A stretch of DNA of 64,000 nucleotides from Stylophora pistillata (Eukaryota). The stretch lies in the NCBI RefSeq assembly GCF_002571385.2, contig NW_019218159.1:151990-215989 (forward strand). The letters are read 5' to 3'. A program made the position numbers and the translations under genes. The notes below the pieces were generated by a model. It worked only from the letters and a program-made list of their open reading frames with translations, was not told the DNA's origin and ran no database searches. Shown here piece after piece: positions 1-11,619 of the stretch (the stretch's first letter is position 1; each line of letters opens with the position of its first letter).

Positions 1-94
1 TCTAGTTTGAGCACTCTGGCATGGCTTAGACGATACCACAAAGGTTGGATCGTTTGGGGTGACCATATTGGTTCTCCTCCATCCTAGCATTAGC

Positions 95-140
95 ACTGCA
101 CTGATGAGGCCCAGAAGGCCGAAACAGTACTGTCTGCAGT
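95..140 (+). ncRNA. Type I hammerhead ribozyme, copy 1 (predicted cleavage after GUC, C134)
   Basis: Core CUGAUGA 101-107; stem II GGCC/GGCC 108-120 with loop CAGAA; GAAA 121-124; palindromic stem III ACAGUACUGU 124-133; stem I ACUGCA 95-100 pairs with UGCAGU 135-140. Confidence 0.92.
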
Positions 141-338
141 TAGATATAGCTCTTTGGCATACAAAGCTTTGCTTTCATGTCCAAATTGAGCACTCTAACT
201 AGGATGAGTCATTGCTCTGCAATTGCGCATGCTCGCTAGTGTACTCTAGTTTGAGCACTCTGGCATGGCTTAGACGATACCACAAAGGTTGGATCGTTTG
301 GGGTGACCATATTGGTTCTCCTCCATCCTAGCATTAGC

Positions 339-384
339 ACTGCACTGATGAGGCCCAGAAGGCCGAAACAGTACTGTCTGCAGT
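339..384 (+). ncRNA. Type I hammerhead ribozyme, copy 2
   Basis: Same sequence as copy 1, offset by 244. Confidence 0.92.
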
Positions 385-582
385 TAGATATAGCTCTTTG
401 GCATACAAAGCTTTGCTTTCATGTCCAAATTGAGCACTCTAACTAGGATGAGTCATTGCTCTGCAATTGCGCATGCTCGCTAGTGTACTCTAGTTTGAGC
501 ACTCTGGCATGGCTTAGACGATACCACAAAGGTTGGATCGTTTGGGGTGACCATATTGGTTCTCCTCCATCCTAGCATTAGC

Positions 583-628
583 ACTGCACTGATGAGGCCC
601 AGAAGGCCGAAACAGTACTGTCTGCAGT
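583..628 (+). ncRNA. Type I hammerhead ribozyme, copy 3
   Basis: Same sequence as copy 1, offset by 488. Confidence 0.92.
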
Positions 629-826
629 TAGATATAGCTCTTTGGCATACAAAGCTTTGCTTTCATGTCCAAATTGAGCACTCTAACTAGGATGAGTCAT
701 TGCTCTGCAATTGCGCATGCTCGCTAGTGTACTCTAGTTTGAGCACTCTGGCATGGCTTAGACGATACCACAAAGGTTGGATCGTTTGGGGTGACCATAT
801 TGGTTCTCCTCCATCCTAGCATTAGC

Positions 827-872
827 ACTGCACTGATGAGGCCCAGAAGGCCGAAACAGTACTGTCTGCAGT
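827..872 (+). ncRNA. Type I hammerhead ribozyme, copy 4
   Basis: Same sequence as copy 1, offset by 732. Confidence 0.92.
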
Positions 873-1070
873 TAGATATAGCTCTTTGGCATACAAAGCT
901 TTGCTTTCATGTCCAAATTGAGCACTCTAACTAGGATGAGTCATTGCTCTGCAATTGCGCATGCTCGCTAGTGTACTCTAGTTTGAGCACTCTGGCATGG
1001 CTTAGACGATACCACAAAGGTTGGATCGTTTGGGGTGACCATATTGGTTCTCCTCCATCCTAGCATTAGC

Positions 1071-1116
1071 ACTGCACTGATGAGGCCCAGAAGGCCGAAA
1101 CAGTACTGTCTGCAGT
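1071..1116 (+). ncRNA. Type I hammerhead ribozyme, copy 5 (terminal)
   Basis: Same sequence as copy 1, offset by 976; marks the 3' end of the array. Confidence 0.92.
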
Positions 1117-1487
1117 TAGTTATATATATATGTTCAGTCTGTGATAAAGGAAAGATGATTCCAGATACAGACACTACATACACGACTTTTTTAAAGTAGC
1201 CGTGAAACTGAAACCTGGGAATAAAAAAAAGATATACAGACTTGGACGGGATTCGAGTGTGTAAAGTAGTCCAAATGGAAGCTCAGAGATATGTACTACG
1301 CGGTTTTCATTTGTTTCCTTGACATGCCGCACAATAATTACGCGCCGCATAATCTTTGAAAGTGTTGCTCGTTTTTCTTTGATAGCAATCGTTGATTTGA
1401 TGCTAACGATTGGGCAAGAAGTACAGATGCGGGCACATCAAGGCCTCACAATCTGTAATTACAGGAAAAAGACTCAAAGCTACTCAC

Positions 1488-1578
1488 CATGACAGTTGCT
1501 GTCATATTTACAAGCTGAGGTCGCATCATGAAGCATAAAACAGTGTAGAATCCACCAGACTAGAAGTTTGGTTTCCAT
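1488..1578 (-). CDS. First coding exon of a secreted or type I membrane protein (signal peptide plus start of a Cys-rich domain); the gene probably continues left of the window
   Basis: Not in the ORF track. ACAATGG Kozak context; translates METKLLVWWILHCFMLHDATSACKYDSNCH; followed by a consensus donor G|GTGAGT at 1488/1487 (phase 1). Confidence 0.65.
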
Positions 1579-2002
1579 TGTCGTTTAAAACTCGGTAGGT
1601 TGTCAGTCAGTGTATCCTTACGGCCAAATTGAACTGTTTCTCGTCAGTCAGGCTGGTAGTATTCAGTTAACGCGGCAATATTTTTGGCTTAATATCTGTC
1701 TTAATGTCTTAATGTCTTAATGTCTGGCTTAATATCTGGTCGGATCTTAGCTGATGCAAATCTGCAATATTGGTTTTCAGAATTGCTGATATCAATTTCG
1801 GTGGCATTTTGGATTGATTTTCATCCACCGAGCAAAGAAATGTACTTCAGCATTTCAAGTTGAGAATATTTACAGACTGGAATACCTTTGACGCTCAAGC
1901 AAAAACAGAACAGAACCTGGCAATAAGTAGAACTTTCCTTTCCATTCTCATAAGGTATTTAGGTAGGTTCCTTCATATGTATATAAAATAAGGGAGCAAG
2001 GA

Positions 2003-2013
2003 GGGAAAATCCC
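2003..2013. promoter_or_regulatory. Candidate NF-kB/Rel site GGGAAAATCCC
   Basis: Near-palindromic kB-like consensus about 425 bp upstream of the minus-strand ATG at 1578. Motif match only. Confidence 0.25.
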
Positions 2014-2807
2014 GGACGCTGGGTGTAATATATTGATTCCAATTGAGTTATTTCTAGATTAAAAGGGGTATTTTGCAAAGGCCTATTTGAGGGTACAGAA
2101 GACAACTGCCCACTGACCTACGTTTCAGTTTCTAACACGGGTCATACGCTCACAGAAACAGGTCGGAGGGTTTTCTTTTTCCCTAAGCAAAGGCAACGCG
2201 AAAGGGAAAGCCACATGGAAAATCAGTGGAAACAAGATTTCATGACAACTGTTTGCATTAGCGAAATGTGAAGCTTGCATCCTTTAGAGATTCACAGATG
2301 CATGAATATAATCTTAATAAAAGTATCAAAAACTACACTCGGTAAAATATGCTCTCTAATTGTCCCTCTTCAAAGGAAATACTTCCGGTCTTCACAGACA
2401 AAAACTTTTGGCTTCTTGAAATTCAAAAGTTGTTTATAATAATTTAGGATAACCTCCTCTTTTCAAAGAAGTCTCATGGTACACATGTAAACAGTTTCCT
2501 TTGAATAGTGCATTATATACGGAAAATTAAAACCCACTATTTCCGTGACAAATGGATGTAAGACAAATTAAACTACCGCCAAGTTATTTGCTTGCGTTAT
2601 TTACAGTTGCACCAGAGGTACAAAATATCTCAGCAAAACCCCTTACGGCCTCCTTCTCCAGGCCCTCGGTAGGTTAAAACCAGTGACAGAGCGGAGAAAA
2701 CAAGAAACAGCGATTGGGGTTGTCAGGGAAACGGCTGCATGATCACCCGCCCGCTTTTTCGCTTGTTTCCGCTGACCGAGACCCTTCTTTAATTTAAAAT
2801 TTAAAAT

Positions 2808-3194
2808 TTAAATATACGTGGTGACATGGTGATGATGTGACGGTGTTCTTGAATGAAGAGCCTCCTGTGAAGCTCTCATTACTTCTTCATAACTTGGCGG
2901 AGGTGCTACTGTCTCATCTTCGACTTCAATGTACGATTGAGGGGCACTATCTGCGGTGGGATCATAAATTTGATCAAACGCTTCTTCATGTTGCCATGGC
3001 TCGTTCACTGAGTTCATTTCTATCCTATCCACCTGTCCATTTAATTGGATGTCTGTTTCCCTTGGAATCCTATCCGTATTGACAGTTCTTTGTGTTGTGT
3101 TGGCGTTTATGTTATCATTTTCTTCGGCTTCCTCCATTAGTTTTATGCAATGGCAAACAAAAAGTATAAAAGCTAATGCGCCGAAAGCTCCCAT
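2808..3194 (-). CDS. Single-pass membrane PY-motif protein A (128 aa from first ATG; signal anchor, VCHC, PQSY...PPPSYEEV, C-terminal TTYI)
   Basis: The ORF-track start at 3308 is GTG; the first ATG is at 3194 (MGAFGALAFILFVCHCIK). Acidic tail with no Lys after the juxtamembrane K; PY module at the end. Confidence 0.75.
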   Translation of the reverse strand: MGAFGALAFILFVCHCIKLMEEAEENDNINANTTQRTVNTDRIPRETDIQLNGQVDRIEMNSVNEPWQHEEAFDQIYDPTADSAPQSYIEVEDETVAPPPSYEEVMRASQEALHSRTPSHHHHVTTYI

Positions 3195-3247
3195 CGAATA
3201 CAAAAATGATTTGCTCGACCAAATGGAAGAATTGTTCCCGTTGTTTC

Positions 3248-3393
3248 CTGAAAGAATAGAAGGAAGATTAAAGCAGTTGTAGAAAAAGAGCTTGAAAAAG
3301 GAATTCACCTTTGAACGGGACTCGAACCTTGAATTGTTCTGCGAATGAAGCCAAATGGATGCTGGTCAATATTTAATAAACGAGTTTTATATA
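3248..3393 (-). promoter_or_regulatory. Putative TATA box (3385-3393) and 61-nt 5'-UTR intron (3308-3248) of gene A
   Basis: Minus strand shows TATATAAAA, donor AAG|GTGAAT at 3308 and a pyrimidine tract ending TTCTTTCAG| at 3248. Confidence 0.4.
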
Positions 3394-5342
3394 TCTTCAG
3401 TTCCCCTTCACGTAACATTCTGTAGTGCATAAATTTAAGTTCAATTCTCACCGGGATCAAGCGTCTAAAACACAACTGTTTGGGGATAAGCAGCTGAAGC
3501 CTGCTAAAAGATCACTTTACCCGGCAATTGTTTTGGGTCAAAACACGGTACTTCTCCTCGTTCAAAAGTTGAGGTAAAACAGCGAAGTGGCCAGTAATAG
3601 TCTTGTGGCACGACTCCTGCTTTTATGCTGATTTTCACGCTTCTCATACACCATCCACAAAAGCGCGTTTTTGCTCAAAAACTCGCTATTTAACTACTCT
3701 TTGACGCGTTCTTGCATAGACTCAACCATTCAATGCACGTATGTAGTCGAGGCTTCAATTCAGTCACTTTCTTCCCGGCATATCTAGCGTATCGAAAGAG
3801 CATGACTAAATTGCCATTATTTTTTTGTTAACAACGAGCGTTACAACCGGCAAGTAAAGTCCGCATTCGTCTTCAGTAATCAGCAGTTCTATCTATGCTT
3901 ATTCCACCCTGGAATTATGGGGGAAATCAGACAAATCAACCTTAATTAAACTTATTTTTTTCGAGTAGAAGGCCGGTTTATCCGGATGGAATACGAATAC
4001 TAAAGAGTCGTAAGTCCTTGGTGGACTACAATCGTCGATTTCGATACACACGTTGAGGCAAGAATCACGGATATAAGAACATGTAAACCTCTGTTTTGAT
4101 AATCACTGAAACGAAACTCACCAGTACAATGGCTTGGAATACCCGTCTGACACCCTGAAGACGCATACTTGTGCGTGAAGAAGTACAGAATCTGAAAAAA
4201 TAGAATTTTTGATCTCATTATCATGTAACCTTCTGAGTACGTCTATATCAGCATACCTCTAAGGAAAAATAGCACTCTGCATTCATTCCGTTAGCTTCAA
4301 AGTCTTCCCTCAACTGAACGTCAGCAATATTAACTGTTCAGAATACTTTTCAGGAAATTTTCGGTCATTACGCATTTGAATATTGGCTTCAGATCTAGAG
4401 CTACCCTTATCTACATGTTTTCCTTATAGTCCTCGGCGCGTTGACGTTCACCTTGTAATTTACATTTTTTTAACTGGAAGGAATCCCTTTTATGCTTTGT
4501 TGCTTAAAAAAAGAAAAGAGGACAGAATCTGATAAATTGGGGCTTTACTTTCCATTCCCCTTACGTAGAAGGGATGACATAGTAGATAAAAGTACAAAAA
4601 GTCCTATATTTGTACCTCGCGATTTTTCCTTATATCATGGTAATCTAACTGACCCTTGATCTAATTTATGTACAGTAAAAGCGGTTGCTTAATCGATATT
4701 GAATCTTTACGAAAATTTAGAATTGGAACTGCAAATGGAGGTTCAAGTGGCGGAGAATGCCTGTCGGCTGAAAGATGATCGTAATTTGAAGGAAAAGTAC
4801 TTATAACTGACTGACCGAAGACTGAAACGGGGATTTACTGACAGACTAACAAGCTGTCTGATTGATTGACTGATCTACTGACTGATTGATAAATTGAGAG
4901 ATTTATATTTTCCTCCCAAAACCTTGTGTTGATAAAACTTTCATTTCTCCTACAAACAGGTCTCAAGAAGTTTTCTGGCATATTTTTTTCCAAAGCACTC
5001 GTGACTGTTACGTTCCACGGTTACTCCAATTCAAAGCACTCGACGACAGCTAAGACCAGATGTGACAAAAGCAGCGGACAAAGCGTACCGCGCTAGATTG
5101 CGTGACTGAAGTGAGTTGCGTGATGTCTCATTCACATCGCGCACACAGCTTCGGGACTTCAGTCGTAACGAAAATTTTCACTTTGAGGAAAGTTGTCACT
5201 ACCATCATCAGTTGAGTGTGGCGCGGACAAAGTTTGGTGTCGAGGTTTTGACCGTGAAATAAAGGTCTTCTCACGGGCAACCTTCCTCGTTTCCAATGGT
5301 TACCGAATCTAAAATGCCGTGCGTCAACCATCAAACGAGAAA

Positions 5343-5442
5343 TCCATTCACTGTAACGAAGGACTAACGCTCGAAAAGTCAGCTATAAAACACTTTACGA
5401 TGGCCAATTTACACCATGAACTCAGTGGACAGAACCAAAATT
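5343..5442 (+). mobile_element. Penelope-like element terminal fragment with degenerate minimal hammerhead and 16-bp TSD
   Basis: CTGTAACGAAGGACTAACGCTCGAAAAGTCAGC resembles the copy at 52740-52773 and shares its downstream sequence. ACCATCAAACGAGAAA is duplicated at 5327-5342 and 5443-5458. Confidence 0.7.
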
Positions 5443-5881
5443 ACCATCAAACGAGAAAGTCTGCTAAGAGAATGATTCAAACACATTGCCCCTGGAAACA
5501 GAGCTAGATGCCGTGACAACAACACGATTTTAAGTTCAAAACGTCAAACTTCCGTCGCGCCACAATCGGCTGAAATTCGTAGTAAAAACTAATCTTGGCT
5601 TTGTTTTTTCACAACCACATGCATACAATCTATATAAATATTAACATAAAATTGTTATAAAATACTCTCTTCGTTGAATGGTTTTCCCCGTTCAAAGATT
5701 ATATTCCCAAATCTATAAAATACGCAAAAATTGGCATAAATAATCCGCTTCAAGTTTTTCGATAGTGTGAATGCGTAAGTTCTTGACAGGGGTAGAAATG
5801 ACACTGGACTGCTTTAGCTCAATGTTTCCGAAACTGAAAACAAGTAGCCCCTGTTCATTTATGTTTATGCGAGATTTTAAG

Positions 5882-6313
5882 TCATGTCCCGGCCAAATTC
5901 TCATTAGAAAGCCTCAGGGCCTCCTCATAGCTCGGTGGAGGCAATTCATCCGTTGCTAAACATCTGTACGACGGCGGACCGCAATCTGCAATAGCATCAG
6001 GGCTCATCGGGAATACAGGAACACTTTCCTCGACTTGATCTTCAGCTGAATGCGACGTCGGCTCTTCGCGAGCAGCGGCGGCGGCGGCGGTTGAGTTAGA
6101 ATTTCCAGCAGCCCCCTGTAATCCAAATACGTATACGGGACTTGTGCCCCTGGTTTGGTTCGCATGAGTCCCAGCCGCTTGCTGCTGTACGCTAAGATTG
6201 GCAGCACGCTCTTGTTCTCTTCGCTTTAACGAAGCAAAATGGCAACAAAATCCAATGACAATGGCGACCACAAGAACCAAAACAATGACCAAAACTTGGC
6301 CGACATCCGCCAT
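5882..6313 (-). CDS. Single-pass membrane PY-motif protein B (143 aa; TM-GFCCH-KRR, PPSY...PPPSYEEA)
   Basis: First ATG at 6313 (track start is GTG). TM VLVIVLVLVVAIVIGF; clear paralogue of 9771-10169. Confidence 0.85.
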   Translation of the reverse strand: MADVGQVLVIVLVLVVAIVIGFCCHFASLKRREQERAANLSVQQQAAGTHANQTRGTSPVYVFGLQGAAGNSNSTAAAAAAREEPTSHSAEDQVEESVPVFPMSPDAIADCGPPSYRCLATDELPPPSYEEALRLSNENLAGT

Positions 6314-6721
6314 CCCGAATTGAAGTTTAGAGCGAACTCTTCGAGGGCACACTTTGAGAACAAATCCCGAGATGCAGGGTGGACATCTTCAAATATTTTC
6401 AAATCCCTTCGAAAGCGTTTTATCACAAAACAGCTGGTCCACTAACTCTAGTGAATCCTTTGCCTGCCAATCTAGTCTCTTGCATGGACGGTTAGTCACT
6501 CAAAGAATTCAATGTTTTTTTCTAGTTGTTGTTGATACAAACTTAAGCAGCAGTTTAAGAGTCCAGTGCATATATTTTTCAGTTTCTAGGGCCGTCTCAC
6601 AGCCAATCGCAACTGGTTCGAAATTGATCTGTAAGCCGCCATTTTCAATACGAAGGTCTCATTCGTAAATTATGCAAATACTTATGTAAATGATGGTCGT
6701 GCGAATATTAATAATCAGAGT

Positions 6722-7977
6722 GAATGTCAGACAATTCGCCCCTTGGACAATTAGCCCCAGACGATTAGCCCCCAGTCTCAGTAAATGTAAAGGAGAAGTT
6801 ACGTCTATCTTTTGGTCATTGACTTTAATGAGTTTGTGGCTCCTAAAGGAGGTTTTTTTTTTGTGAATGGTTATCTTTACTAAAATTTACTTAATTTTTA
6901 CTTAATTTAATTTACATGGGTTGCACGAGGTGAGCACAGGCCTCCAGAAGTTTTTTTGAGTTCCTTTGGCCGTCTTCATATTGAATCCAGAGGTCGAAGA
7001 GTCTTATCTACATTGTTCGTTAGGTTGACCGCTGATGTCTCTTCTGCTTTTTGTCTGAAACCAGACGGATCTGCATGTTCACCAATGTAGCTTCCCGATG
7101 AAGTACCTGGATCAGGATGTACAGGGGCAGCTGTGATCAGTTGTTGCTGAATAAGCTAATATGAGTATCCACAATTGAAGGATCCCTTTTGTACACATCC
7201 CGAGGATCAAGATTTTTACTTCGAACGAAACACGCCATTTGATTGGAGAAATGTTAATTTAAGAAAACAGTAAGCACTGAATTGGGATGAATGAAATGTC
7301 TCACGTCAAATTTACAGAAGTTCGCACATTGCGCGTGGGTTTGAAATAAACAATGAAATACCAATTAGTAAAAGTTCGCGCATTTTGCGAGGCTTTGAAA
7401 TTAACAACAAGGAATAAAATTACGCACCTTGCGCATGGGTTTGAAATAAGCAAACAAGAATGAGTAAACGTTCGCACATTGCGCATGGGTTTTCAATAAA
7501 CAAATAAATAATAATCAGTAAAAGTTCGCACAATGCGCGTGGCGAGTTTGAAATAAACCCCCATTGACATTAACAAGTAGTCGCCAATAAGTTAAAGTTT
7601 CGAAGTTTTGTTCCTGGTTTCTTTCCTTTCCTATTTAAGTTCTCGAAATAAACAACATGACGAAGAAACATTCGTAAAATATGTAAACAGAAGGAACACA
7701 GTTCACTTTTGTAAAATATACTTTATAATTCGACACGCACGGCAGAGAAACGTTCGTAAGAAGCAAATAACAAGAACATTGTTTATTTCAAAATACATGA
7801 TAGGGAAACGTTCGTAAAGTAAACACCAAGAGCATAGTTTATTTCAAGGATGGTGGTTTGGAGGCTAATAGTCCAGAGACTGGGGGCTAATAGTCCAGAT
7901 ACAGGGGGCTAATCGTCCAAAGACTGGGGGCCAATCGTCTGGGACTAATTGTCCAGGGGGCGAGTTGTCCGGATACC
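6722..7977. mobile_element. Non-autonomous DNA transposon with repetitive TIRs and 8-bp TSD (superfamily uncertain)
   Basis: GACAATTCGCCCCTTGGACAATTAGCCCCAGACGATT is inverted at the right end. TSD ATCAGAGT at 6714-6721 and 7978-7985. Internal repeats of GTTCGCACATTGCGC at about 7320-7560. Confidence 0.8.
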
Positions 7978-9770
7978 ATCAGAGTTAATCATTGTAATAG
8001 AAGTTTCTTGGTTATAAGGCGCACTCAGTTATAAGACGCATCCCAAACTTAGCACCTTAGTCAAGCCAAGTTCCCAAACTGAAGATTACGTGAAAATACT
8101 CGGTTATAAGACGCACCAAAAGATTGAGAGTGTGATGGAACTGGGAAAGTTTCACGGTTGCTCTGGCGGTAAAAGCAAATTGCGAAAAACTCCCACCAGA
8201 AGTTATATTCAAAGGTGTTCGACAGCAGAATATCAACACGCCGCCGTGGATGCAAGTTTCAGCGCGCAAAAAAGGCTGGATGGACGAAGAAGGTAGGTTT
8301 TATCTCCACATTGTTTATTCAGATAAGGAACTAACCTAGCGGGCGACCCAAACACGATTCTAGAAATTTGAAACGAGGCTTGGACAATTGTTTTGTTCCC
8401 ATTAATATCATGTTACGGAGCAGTTTTAAGCACGTATGCAAATTTCCGTTTTGTTTGCTTTTCTATGAAAGTTAATAAGTGTTCTAAAAGCAGTATTCCT
8501 TTTTAATTCATAGGAATAAAGGAGTGGATTCTACACAATCTTCGCTACACCTCAAACCAAAAAGCTCTGCTCGTTGGGATTCGTTTCGTGGTCATTTCAC
8601 CGAGGCCGTATAAGAAACGGTCCTTTCAGAACCACTACAATGGCTCTTTTCAGAGCCACCCCGGTTCATTTCAGAACCAACAGATCTGAAAAAAGTCAAT
8701 GACCGTCAATTAGTGTCCTTTTCTTGTCTTTTTAACTGCAAGTTCTGCTAAAAGTATGATCTCAAGATCTGTTGCGCAAAAATACTTGGCTATAAGACGC
8801 ACCCCAATTTCAGCACTAACTTTCCACCCGAAGACAGAATTTTCTTTAAAAAAAACCATTCGCGGTATAGCCGAGAAACTACGGGTAATGACTTTTCGAA
8901 ACTACGTCATTACAAGCGTTAAAACCAGGTGGCAAGTTCAGTTGCAGTTCTCTTCTTACCAATTTATTATTTAACTAAAATAAATACTCACAGTTACGCA
9001 GAAATGTCAAAATTTTTCCACCTTCTCCGTTGTCACAATAGGTTATAGCAAAAAAACTGAAAATCAAAGCGAAGACGGGACGAGATGTTTTGACAAAATA
9101 CTACTGGGTTTGTCGGACGTTACAGCCAGAACGACTCTCTCGTAGCGAAAAGGTTTTTATTGCGCTACGACAAGAGAGACGAGACCAGCTAGACCCGCGG
9201 GTTTCAAGCTAGCGAGCGATGCGAGCGTGCGAGGCGTGTGAGTTCTGACGCGAATACGTTTCGTGCCAGACTCCTCACAGCTAGACCTCTGGCACGCTCG
9301 CTTCAGTTCTTGTCAGCTCGAATCTTGTGCACTTACGACAAAGCGTTAGCGAGACCTGTTCGAAGACTACTGTACGTTTTTGTCTCTTTCCCACTGGAGA
9401 CACTAAATCAGAAGCACTTCAATTTTTTTCCAACCTTTGACAGCGACTAGAAAGATTAACAACCGCTTTGGATAAATTATATCGGACTGTCTATGGAATT
9501 CATGGTTTAGTACCCACTACAACTTTACAGTCACGAAATCAAATTACTGATTTGGATTCGATTACATTTGTTCGATGTCCGAACAGAACTGAATAAATGA
9601 AATGATCTTATGAAACGTTACGTGTTCGATAACGTTCGATTCCCAAATGCAATCGATTCACTGAATCGCCGACGTTGAATATTTTGTTCTATTACCAATG
9701 CTAGTCGTTATTTGTGAACAATTCTACCCGTACTGTCCTTGTCACATGGCTGAATTCTCTTAAGAAATTC

Positions 9771-10169
9771 TCACGGCTTCCTCATAGCTTCCTCATAGCT
9801 TGGTGGTGGAGGTTCATTTGAAACGGCTATGTACGGTGGGGGGCCACTGTCTGCAATAGCATCAGGGCTTCTTAGACTTTCGTCGTGATCTTGATTAACA
9901 TCTTCTTCAACTCTTGGGCTCCTCCGTTGATGAGCAGTTCCAGTTGAGTCTGAAGTTGAACTAGCTCCTCGAAGTCCAAATATGTAAACGGAACCTGTCT
10001 CGCTTTGGTTTGCATAACCAGAAGGTTGAGCTACAACTTGTTGCGTGGCCCTTCGCCTCGCGACTTCCCCTCTCCGCTTCTGAGCAATTCTGTGACAACA
10101 ACATCCAACTGTGATGGCGAAAAGCAGGATAAACAAAACGATGAAGAGAGTTTGAAAGAGTTCAGACAT
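9771..10169 (-). CDS. Single-pass membrane PY-motif protein C (132 aa; TM-GCCCH-KRR, PPPY...PPPPSYEEA)
   Basis: ATG start and hydrophobic signal anchor. Shares ANQ...VY[VI]FGL.GA and SPDAIAD.GPP.Y blocks with protein B. Confidence 0.88.
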   Translation of the reverse strand: MSELFQTLFIVLFILLFAITVGCCCHRIAQKRRGEVARRRATQQVVAQPSGYANQSETGSVYIFGLRGASSTSDSTGTAHQRRSPRVEEDVNQDHDESLRSPDAIADSGPPPYIAVSNEPPPPSYEEAMRKP

Positions 10170-11079
10170 ACCGGAATAGGGTCAACAGCACAATCAACAA
10201 CAGAATCGAAAGGAACAAAGTCCTTCTCGTAAAAAATTCAACCGGATCCTTGAAGATGTCTGTTCCGATCTTGACTTATCTTTTCACCGGCGAAGTACAT
10301 TAATATCATAAATAGCTATCCGAGCATAACTTATCGTTCCTTGAGATTGAGATTCTTGAAAGAAGTCACTAGCAGGATTTACTCCATCTTTTGGTGGGGT
10401 CCCTAAGTAAGAACAGCCTTGTTTTGCAGAGAGTTCTTTCTGCTGACCGCCATTTTTATTTAGACTCAGCTGGTCACGCAACCTCACCGATCCCGATCTG
10501 CATCTTCCGCGACCAATGGACATTTACATGCTTATTACAACTACACCCAACAGACAGCTGCTAGTTTTTGTCCGCCTGTAGACAGAAGCAAACTCTATTT
10601 TAAGTGTACACCATCCCTATCACCAATATAATTATATCTAATTTCATGAATTTAATTACTTAGTCCGTGTTTAGGTAAGCCCTTTTTCATCCAAACCACC
10701 GAAATTTATCACCTAGTAACTACATTATAACAGATAAAATACGCAGAAATGACGTTGACAATTTTTAAATTGTGTTTCCGTAATTTGGCGATGTTTTTTT
10801 AAAGCCTCCTTTTCTCTTCATTTTCCCCAGAGCGAACGCATCAAAATTGGTGCAATTTGGTTAAGGCAAATTGCATCGCAAGGGAATAGGGAAGAAAGAG
10901 ATGATAAAAGTATTCATTACACGACTCGGGCAGTCAGAGGGCCAATAACTAAAATCAACCAATCAAAATGCTCTATTGCCGGTCAATATTCGCTCAGTAT
11001 TGGACCGGGCACTGTCCCGAATGGTCCCGAATGATACCGCACTTGTGTCCTTTTGAACTTCAGTCGTATAATAAATCTC

Positions 11080-11221
11080 TTATTAACCAAGCTTGCTCGG
11101 GACCGTACTGGAAGAATATCGGCCTTCGGTCTTTTTTGTACGGTCCTCGCTGCGCTCGGTCGGTACTGTCAAGACCTTGGGCCGATATTCTCCCGGTACG
11201 GCCCTCGCGCTTGGTTAATAA
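11080..11221. repeat. Palindromic MITE-like unit within a composite repeat (about 10920-11600)
   Basis: TTATTAACCAAGC...GCTTGGTTAATAA with internal inverted AGAATATCGGCC/GGCCGATATTCT; a related copy follows from about 11272. Confidence 0.6.
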
Positions 11222-11619
11222 GATATATGAATAGTGAGAACAAACTCTGAAACTTGACGAATAGTAACTTCTTACTAAACAAGCGCGAGGGCCTTATGGG
11301 AATTATCAGCCCAAGATCATAGCAGTACGGACCGAGCACAGCGAGGTCCTTACAAAAATGATATTCCATACAAACACAATATTTCCTCCGTTAGGCTCGA
11401 GCAAGTGAGGCAAGTAAGTAGTTTATCATGTGGCATTCGGACTGAACTTGGTTATTTTGAATTTACCGGCTTTCAAGAACAAACATTAACGGCGTATGAA
11501 CGTTTCCATGGAAAAGGTCCGTATGACTAAATCCCGACCATGTAATATAAGAACAAATCAGAACGCGCAGATTTACCTCAAGACTTCCTTACCAAATAAT
11601 AATGTGCGATATCTTGACT

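Larger units (their letters stand above)
1..1119 (+). mobile_element. Non-LTR retrozyme: tandem array of a 244-bp unit, each with a type I hammerhead ribozyme (about 4.6 units visible, cut by the window edge)
   Basis: Units start at 1, 245, 489, 733 and 977 and look identical by eye. Each contains ACTGCA-CTGATGA-GGCC-CAGAA-GGCC-GAAA-CAGTACTG-TC-TGCAGT. The array ends 3 nt after the last ribozyme stem I, followed by (TA)n. Confidence 0.9.

Noticed and set aside
1-1119. CRISPR array or plain satellite
   Set aside because: There are no variable spacers and no cas genes, the context is eukaryotic, and each unit holds a full hammerhead core.
968-1183. 71-aa minus-strand ORF
   Set aside because: It is the antisense reading of the retrozyme unit and flank, with no coding features.
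3195-3308. GTG/TTG-initiated N-terminal extensions in the ORF track (also at 6352, 16273 and 40882)
   Set aside because: These are bacterial-style starts. The first in-frame ATG gives a sensible signal or anchor in each case, and the GTG at 3308 looks like a splice donor.
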